A DNA stretch of 64,000 nucleotides from Eledone cirrhosa. Taxonomy: Eukaryota. The stretch covers positions 187,674,001 through 187,738,000 of the forward strand of contig OZ024740.1 of NCBI GenBank assembly GCA_964016885.1. Reading direction: 5' to 3'. Below, in pieces: positions 55,123 through 64,000 of this stretch (its first letter is position 1; each line of letters begins with the position of its first letter). The translations under genes were made by a program, and so were the position numbers. A model generated the notes under the pieces. The model was not told the origin of the DNA, made no database searches, and saw nothing but the letters and a program-made list of their open reading frames with translations.

Positions 55123-55772
55123 ATAAAAGGAATTCCAACTCTGTCTGCTTTACTCATTTTATTTAGAATCCTTTAAAATTATAATGATATTATAATGAAA
55201 TAGTATGGTAGAATATTAATATTAAGTGTTAATTGAACAAGTATTTTCATGCTTTCGCAATCTTCAGCTGGTGACAGAAAAGACGCAATGTTTAGACGAA
55301 TCACAGAGGCAATAAACAAAAATGAACTCCAACCAAAATTAAATCGAAAACATGATGGAATAGCAACATCACAAGTTAAAATTAAGGACAAAATGAAAAC
55401 ACACAGACATAGAACAAACAACCAACCAGTAACATGTAAATAAATAAACAAATATAAACACACACAGGCACCTGGATATAACACATTCGCAAACTAAGCA
55501 CACAACACACACAAAAACAAGATGGCGTAGGACAGAACAAAGGAGAGGCACAGAACCAAGAAAATAATCCCTAGTCACTGAAGAGGTCACAGAATGTGTG
55601 ACGAAAGAACTTTGAAACTATATGAACAACCGTCTGGTTGTGGAACCAACCAGCCAACTGGAAATTTATAAATTTTTTAAATTTATAATTTAATTTATAA
55701 TAAATTGGAGTGAAAACAACTGGTGCATGTGTTTCTTATTGGCAACATGACCCTCCCAAAGTATAACAATAT
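55123..55772. mobile_element. Two divergently oriented PLE-terminal fragments with decayed HHRs (55234-55272 minus; 55572-55620 plus)
   Basis: Minus: CUGAAGA-UUGC GAAA GCAU-GAAA; plus: CTGAAGA-GGTCAC..GTGAC-GAAA-GAAC-TT; left part homologous to 3679-3822. Confidence 0.55.
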
Positions 55773-55802
55773 ATATGTATACATATATATATATACATAC
55801 AT

Positions 55803-56410
55803 ATGGTGGCTGCCAACTCGTTTTCGAGTACGGCCACTGCTTTATATCCATGTAGGAGAACCCCTACCGATGCGCTGAACGAGTGTGACTTTTTAGTCAA
55901 GCCAGCGACTTGAAAACTCTGGTACAAACACTACACTTGTGACAATTATTGACACAGTGCTGGGCCCATGGTACCATGTGACGACAAGTGCAGAGAGATC
56001 TCCAGATATAAAGCAATGCCTGTGCCGTGAAGCTTTTATAGAGAGCAAAGGCACTGCACAAAGCCAGTCCCACTCTCTTAACCAAGATGATATTTACCAA
56101 AAAGAAGAACAAGACAACATCATTGGATACCATCAGGGTTGCAGGTGTTATATCAGAGTTTTCCTTCTCCTAGAATTCTGCCTTGACAAAGGCTAAGGGG
56201 TCATCTCTCCCGGTGATTTTGGATGGCCATTGACTCTTAAGAACTCCTTTGCCCTTTGACAGGTTTTGTTTTTAGTCCTGCAGGATGTCCAAAGTCACCC
56301 TCCTCACCAAGAAACCTTGGTGGGGTTGCCAGTTTAGTCGACAACGACCCGGCCATGAGACAGGTTGTACTGGGATACATGTTAGCAGTAGCACCAACTG
56401 GTGACCTGAC
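55803..56410 (-). mobile_element. Probable RTE-type LINE 5' UTR fragment
   Basis: GC-richer island between (TA)n tracts containing CTAGGAGAAGGAAAACTCTGA, a motif I recognise from RTE 5' UTRs. Confidence 0.4.
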
Positions 56411-56730
56411 ATACTTACATATATATACATACATACGTATATATATGTATTCATATATATATGTGTATATATATGTATACATATATATATATGTATATAT
56501 ATGTATACATATATATATATTCATATGTATACATACACATCTATATATATATGTATACATATATATGTATACATACACATATATATATATATATATATGT
56601 ATACATACGTATATATATATATGTATACATATGTATATATATATATGTATACATACAGATATATATATATGTATACATATATATATGTATACATACACAT
56701 ATATATATATATGTATACATACATATATAT

Positions 56731-57269
56731 ATCATCATCATCATCATCATCATTTTACGTCCGCTTTTCCCTGCTTGCAAGGGTGGGACGGATCTTATTC
56801 AGCACAGCATCTCTCCACTCGTCATGGTCCCTCGTCATCTCCACCGTGAGCTTCAATGATCTGATGTCTGTTCTCACCACCTCCGCCCATGTTTTTCGTG
56901 GTCTACCTCTACTACGTCTTCCTTCAACTGGCATTTCCTGGCACTTCTTCACCCATCGGTCATCCTCCATGCGCATCACATGTCCATACCACCTCAGTCT
57001 CCTCTCCCGTACACTACGTTCTATCCCTCTCAGACACAGTTTCTCTCTCAACACATTTATTCTGGGTCGTTAACGCACATTTACACTGCACATCCAACAG
57101 AGCATGCTTGCCTCATTTCTCTCCAGCCGTCGCATATCCTCTGCAGTTGCTGCCCATATCTCACTACGATGCAGCATCGCGCTCCTCACACAGGCATAAT
57201 ACAACCGGCCTTTCGTACGCAGGGAGAAACCCTTCTTCATCAACAGAGGAAGCAGCTCCCTAAACTTCC
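56731..57269 (-). mobile_element. RTE LINE 3' fragment, third subfamily
   Basis: KFRELLPLL...[13 protein letters not shown]...RGRPRKTW; (CAT)n tail. Confidence 0.9.
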
Positions 57270-57399
57270 TATATATATACATATATATATATATATGTAT
57301 ACATTTACCTTTAGTAAATGGAATAATTGTCTTATGTTGTTTATCACATAACTAAATAGCTCAATAGCTTACATAGAGCACTCTTTCCTACGGAAACTC

Positions 57400-57435
<36 letters not shown>

Positions 57436-57795
57436 TAGGCATCGCTCAAAATGCACATATATTTAACTTCGCTAAAATGACTGGATATGATATGTGTGTA
57501 TGTGTACAGACGCACAGTAGTATGTATATGTATACATACATGCACACACATATATATATGTACGTATGGGTTTACGGAACATTTATTATAATGTTCGGTT
57601 TGTTTATAAACAAACATCCCGAATTACGCCGTAGAGTGCTCGGCAACGATCGTCGCCCTTTTACTGACACATATATACTTTTCTGTAAGATAATTGAATG
57701 TCTGAAAGTATATACTTTCCTTATGCATATTAACGGCTGAGCAGCCTAATTTGCATATCGAGTGAGTTATATATATATATATACATATGTATATA

Positions 57796-57828
<33 letters not shown>

Positions 57829-57863
57829 TCTTATGTGTGTATATTTGTATGTATATCTATATA

Positions 57864-58212
57864 TCATCATCATCATCATCATCATTTCATTTTACGACCG
57901 CTTTTTCCCTGCTTGCAAGGGTGGAACGGGAACTGATTCTGGCTTGATTTCTACAGCTGGATGACCTTCCTAACACCAACCTCATTTACGGTGAGTGCTT
58001 GGTGCTTTTTTGCCATGGCACCTGCACGACCACTATGCAGTGGAATGATATGGACCCCAGTCCCTATCATCTCATTTCTACAGCTGAGTAAACTGGAGCA
58101 ATGTGAAATAAAGTGTCTTGCTCAAGGAAACAACACATCACTCGGTCTGAGAATTGAACTCACAACCTTTCGATTGCAAGGCCAATGCTCTAACCACTAA
58201 GCCATGTGCCTC
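57864..58212 (-). mobile_element. tRNA-derived SINE, second copy of 54761-55096
   Basis: Reverse-complement match including A and B boxes and the RTE-like tail. Confidence 0.88.
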
Positions 58213-58322
58213 CATATATATATATATATCCTTATGTGTGTATATTTATATATATATATGTGTGTATATGTATATATGTCTGTATATGTGTGTATATATA
58301 TATATTCTTATGTGTGTATATT

Positions 58323-58389
<67 letters not shown>

Positions 58390-58631
58390 GTGTGTGTATG
58401 TATATATATATATATATATATATATACATGTGTGTGTATCTATATATATATATTTACATATATATATATGTGTGAGTATGTAAATATATATATTTACATA
58501 TATGTGTGTGTATGTAAATATACATATTTACATCTATATGTCTGTGTCTATATATATACCTATATATGTATATATTTATATATGCATGCATACACACATG
58601 TATATATATACAGATACATATATATATGTGA

Positions 58632-58683
<52 letters not shown>

Positions 58684-58764
58684 ATGTATATGTAAGTATT
58701 TGTGCATTGATAAATATCCATGTGAGTATAAACACCATCCCAATTGGTTAAGTAAAAGGAAATA

Positions 58765-59121
58765 ATTGTTTTTACTATTGGCACAAGACCAGCAAATATC
58801 CAGTCCATTACTGGTACTTTATTTTATCGACCCCGTACGGATGAAAGCAAAGTTAACCTTGGCGGGATTTGAATGCTGAATGGCAAGGGCCGTAACTGTA
58901 TGCATCAAAGTATGGCGTCCAACCCTCTACCGATACTGCCAATAAATAGCTGTTTCTACTTTAGGCACAAAGCCAGCAATTACCCAGTGCATTACTGGTA
59001 CTTTGTTTTATTGACCCAGTAAGGATGAAAGGCAAAGTTAACCTCGGCGGAATTTGAACTCAGATCGTAAAGGGACGTAACTATGCTGGAAAGCATGGCG
59101 TCCGACCCTCTACCAATACTG
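58765..59121 (-). mobile_element. Tandem pair of Meta-domain-like SINEs
   Basis: 58765-58942 and 58952-59121 both match 13783-13969. Confidence 0.8.
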
Positions 59122-59321
59122 NNNNNNNNNNNNNNNNNNNNNNNNNNNNNNNNNNNNNNNNNNNNNNNNNNNNNNNNNNNNNNNNNNNNNNNNNNNNNNN
59201 NNNNNNNNNNNNNNNNNNNNNNNNNNNNNNNNNNNNNNNNNNNNNNNNNNNNNNNNNNNNNNNNNNNNNNNNNNNNNNNNNNNNNNNNNNNNNNNNNNNN
59301 NNNNNNNNNNNNNNNNNNNNN
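59122..59321. other. Assembly gap (200 N)
   Basis: Run of N. Confidence 1.
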
Positions 59322-59471
59322 GTGTAAAAAGGGTGTAGGTAGAAATTCCATTCTGTGCTCCAAATGCAAACTATGGATACATAAAATATGTAGTGAGATC
59401 ACAGGTAAGCTATCTAAGAATGTAAATTTGTTTATGTGGCTGATGCTCAGCTGCAGTAAGTAGCAAGAGCC
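59322..59471 (+). mobile_element. RTE LINE fragment (PHD-finger region); left part of an interrupted copy
   Basis: CKKGVGRNSILCSKCKLWIHKICS. Confidence 0.8.
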
Positions 59472-61715
59472 CATCATCATCATCATTTTACGTCCGCTTT
59501 TCCCTGCTTGCAGATCCTATTCAGCACAACATCTCTCCACTTGTCACATGCCTTCGTCATCTCCTCGGTGAGTTTCAGCGATCTGAGGTCTGCTCTCACC
59601 ACCTCCGCCCATGTTTTACATGGTCTACCTCTACTGCGTCTTCCTTCTACTGGGATTTCTTGGCACTTCTTTACTCACATGTCCTTACCACCTCAGCCTT
59701 CTCTGTTGCATACCACAACTGATCCCTCTTATACCCAGTTTCTCTCTCAACTCGTCTATTCTTGGTCATTCACGCACATTGACATTGCACATCCAATGGA
59801 GGATACTTGCTTCATATCTCTGCAGCCGTCGCATTTCCTCTGCAGTTGCTGCCCATGTCTCACTACAATCCAGCATCGCGCATCTCACACAGGCATCAAA
59901 TAACTGTCCTTTCGTATGCAGGGAGAAACCCTTCTTTGTCAACAAAGGAAGCAGCTCCCTAATCTTCTTCCAACCCGTCCTTATTCTAGATACTATGGCC
60001 TCGGAACACCCCTTCCCATGCTAATCTGATCACCTAGGTACCAGAAGCTATCAACCACTTCTATAGAACCCACCTGCATTGGAAAAATGTGTCTATCACT
60101 GCGATTAATACTGCCAACTTTCCCTGTACATCTACTGCATACATAGTTTTCCCTACCTGTTAGTTTGCCTGCTATCCCACTACATCTCTTGTGTACCCAA
60201 GATCTGCATTGCGTACATTTTATGGAATTTATGCCAGTTCCTTTCCTACATATCGAACATGGCCATTTCCCTGATGGAATCGGAGTATTGTCTTCTCTTC
60301 TACTTATCAACACTTTTGTCTTAGCTAAGTTCACTTTCAGGCCTTTTGATTCCAACTGCTGTTTCCATAGCCAGAATTTATTCTCTAACTCCTCTACTGA
60401 TTCTGCTATAAGAACCAGATCGTCAGCATAGAGAAGTTCCCATGAGCATCCAGTCTTAAACTCCTCTGTTATGGCTTGGAGGACTATAATGAACAAGAGC
60501 GGGCTGAGGACCGAACCCTGATGTACACCTACTTGTATCTGGAATTCCCCATTAAACTACTCCATACCTACTCTCGCTTTACTGACAGCACCCCTGTACA
60601 TAGCTTTGCACTGTCCTCACAAGCCATTCCTCTACACCTAGTTTCCTTAGGGACCACCTGATGACAGATCGGGGTATCCTATCAAAGGCCTTCTCTAGGT
60701 CAACAAAAGCTAGGTATAGTGGCTTATTCTTCTCTTGTTAGTTGCCTCACTAAGAAGAGGGCATCTGTTGTACTTTTCTGAGGTACAAAACCAAACTGCA
60801 TCTCATCTAACTTAACCCTTTCTTTAATCAGTTGCGCTAATATTCTCTCTGTTACTTTCATAACCTGATACATCAGCTTTATGCCCCTATAATTGTTCCT
60901 TTCTAGAGCATCCCATTTGCCTTTGTAGCAATTTATGAGAATACTGCTGCACCAGTCTTTGGGTATGACACCACCATATATAACTTGATTGATGATGCGT
61001 GCAACCAGTTTAATGCCTACTTCACCTGATGCCTTCAGCATCTCAGCAACTATCTCCAATGGTCCAGCAGCCTTACCATTCTTCATTTCTTTAATTGCCT
61101 CTTGTACCCTATATTCGTCAATCTCAATAGCTGGTGCCTCTATTGGGTCTACTGGGGGTAATTTCTCTCTGTCCCATTCATTCTCCACATTCATCAGTCT
61201 CTCATAGTGACATTTCCAGGCCTCCTTTTTTTGATCATTCGTGACACTAAGTACACTGGCATCATTCCGGACACACTTATCTCCAACAACATCCTGATTT
61301 GCACTGACACACTGCCTTGCAATGCAGAACACTGCACGTCTCTAATCTTCCCATCGCAGAACATTGGCAAACCTCCTACTCTCAGCTTCCCTGCGTGCTT
61401 AATACACCTGATGTCTAGCTTCTCTCCTAGCGGCTGTGTATCCTTCCCTTCTCCCACCATTTTTCCAAGCTTTCCATGCCAGTCTTTTGTCTCTAATGGA
61501 CTTATCTATCGTGCTGTCCCACCACCAGGTCACTTTCTGTCTGGTTGAAGCTCTGCCCCAACTACAAGTTTCTTCAGTAGCCTGCAGTAAGTTGTCACAT
61601 AAGAAATTCCAGTTATCTGTAAATCGTCTTCTTTTTCGTCATACACGTCTTGAAGGGCTTTGCTAAATTTATATTTTAATGAAAGGTCTTTTAGCGTCCA
61701 GAGCTTTCTTTTCCA
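59472..61715 (-). mobile_element. RTE LINE (third subfamily), 5'-truncated, decayed
   Basis: ORFs 60724-61332 and 59993-60496 (NYRGIKL, WELLYADD, WPCSIC); (CAT)n tail at 59472-59486. Confidence 0.92.
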
Positions 61716-62589
61716 CACCTCTGTGATAAAATTAGCAGAGGAGGACGATGTTCTGAAAGTACAGCATCCAGAGTTAGAATAGGATGGAAAAAGTTCAGAG
61801 AGCTAATACTGCTGTTGGCCACAAAGGATTTTTCTCTAAAAATGAAAGCCAGATTGTATGATGCTTGTATACAAATGGCAATATTACATGGTAGTGAGAC
61901 CTGGGCGTTGCATGCAGAAGACTTGCGTAGATTAGAAAGAAACAAAGCTTGCATTCTCCAATGGATGAATAATAGTAATGTACGTGAACGGCAAAGCATA
62001 AATGAATTGAGAGAGAGACTAAGCATAAGCGGTATCAAATGTTGTGTGCAGGAGAGGAGATTGCGTTGGTATGGACATGTGATGTGTATGAAGGACAACA
62101 GCTGTATAAAAAAGTGCAGAGTGATCAAAATTTATGGAAGCTTCAGAGTAGGTAGACCAAGAAAAACCTGGGATCAGGTGATAATAACCGACCTTGCTCA
62201 CTTACACCTTTCTAAGACAATGTCACTGGATTGAGATCTTTGGCCCTATGCAGTTATACAGAAAACAGGCTTCCCAATCATACAAACTTAAATCTACTGT
62301 CAGTAGACACCTCTTAACCAAATATACACCCCACCCCACGCACCCTTCTCCATCCTCCCATTTCCGTCCACTGTAATGTGGTTGTGTAGGTGACACGTCA
62401 AAAAGCACCTAGTCCACACTGTAAATGTGGTTTGTGTTAGGAAGGGCATCCAGCCGCAGAAAACCTGCCAGAAACAGTTCTGTATGAGGCAGACATGGTC
62501 TCCCGACCAATCTCGCCTCAAGTGGGACAAAACCACTCAACCCATGCTAGCATGGAAGATTGGTGTTAAACGATGTTGATGATGATGAT
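61711..62589 (+). mobile_element. RTE LINE 3' part; right part of the interrupted copy
   Basis: DKISRGG.CSES...RRLRWYGH; 3' UTR and (GAT)n tail. Confidence 0.9.
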
Positions 62590-64000
62590 TATATATATAT
62601 GAGAGAGAGAGAGATCAAAATATCTGAAGATTAAGGATTTATGTACACATCGTGTTATATAGGAAAAGTAATAATAAAGATTTGAAAAAAAGCACCCAAT
62701 TTATTTTATTTAATATATATATATATAAATATATATATACATATATATAATATATATACTACGTGTATGGTACACATGCAAGAAAAATTGAGATAAAAAA
62801 GAATAGTTTTTGTACGTAACTGGTTTCACTTAAACAGCTTTCCAAAAGTTTTTTCATTCCTAGCTTTCTAAGTTTCCATTCATAATGTTATCATTGCTTA
62901 TAAGCAATGTATTTTGTGAACATAATTTTAGCTTACAAATCATTGATTCATTGCATTTCCAACAATAATGACAAAAGAATTTCAGTGCAATTTGGGTAGA
63001 ATAAATACCACGAGGTATTTATGTTTTAATACATTGGATTTTCAGTTTTCTTGCCAATGTTTACTCCTTTAACTGATATAGATTGACACAAGATATGCAC
63101 ATGCAAATACCTTAAAGCTGATTACTATTTTGTTTGTTGCTGAAGGGATCTGATACCAATACAGAACATTTACAAAAGAAATACAGTGGGTCTTGAATAT
63201 GTTTAGACACAAGCACAAGATGGGTGATTAATATAATTAAGTACATGAGAAAAATGATATATCTCTGGATATAAGAAAAACAATATAATATAATTATAAT
63301 GTTAATTACAATTCGAAAAACATTTATATTATGACAATAAAAAAGGAAAAAAAGAACAAAATTAAAAGGAAAACTGAATTCCAAACGAACTTAAACAAGA
63401 AACAATCCACCACTTTATTTTCAGCTACCCAGTTCTCACAAAAACTGAATATATTCAAAGATACTACTCAGCATATAACTGTATCTGTTGGACAAAGGAT
63501 TGGTAGACACTTTCCCATAAAATTGGAAGCATGTAATGTAAGCATACACCGAATCTAGTATATGGTTTGGGCAAGAATGATGATATTGGCAAAATTACTA
63601 AATAGATCTACAACTATACTATTGTAGAACTGGGAGAAGCAAGTTGCTTTTGGTGTCTCAGAGTAATTTGAAGTCATGTGGGATGGCATTCTACTGGAAA
63701 CATAGGGTCTAACCTGGGATAAGGCATGACAGCCCAGTAATCATAATCACTTCAATGATATGTATGTTAGCAAATTTCAGGGGCAATGATGATGATGATG
63801 ATAATAATATTAATAATAATAATAGGATTGTAGAGATAACGAAAATGTATAGATTAAAACTAGAAGCAATCTCTGTAATAAGTGCTTGGGAATGAGAAAA
63901 AAAATCTACTCAAAGACATAATTACATGCACAGTACTTTTACATAAACACGACACACACAGAAAATAGCAATACTAGATTCTGTATATACATTGTGTAAA

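Noticed and set aside
63600-63960. Possible mariner and R4 3' relics near the window end
   Set aside because: Too decayed to assign from motifs

Overview
AT-rich eukaryotic (metazoan) repeat region with no host gene I can support. The SINE and RTE repertoire and the long (TA)n tracts suggest a cephalopod such as Octopus (inference). It holds about ten copies or fragments of an RTE-clade LINE family with an internal PHD-like finger, a decayed RTE/BovB-like LINE ending in three C2H2 fingers, a near full-length decayed Tx1/L1 element, three Penelope-like elements (PLEs), tRNA-derived SINEs, old mariner, R4-like and pogo relics, and a 200-N gap. Two signals stand out. (1) The Naiad-type PLE at 33111-34208 (-) is open for 366 codons except for two in-frame TGA codons. 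One sits on the first Cys of the CxC motif that is a real Cys in the related PLE at 53272-54057, so it is a candidate selenocysteine-recoded retroelement. (2) About 15 minimal hammerhead-ribozyme (HHR) motifs of several families lie in short PLE-terminal or retrozyme-like units inserted at (TA)n, often as fold-back inverted repeats, including a U3-A8 compensatory core variant. Most short ORFs in the track (YIYI-type) are microsatellite artefacts.
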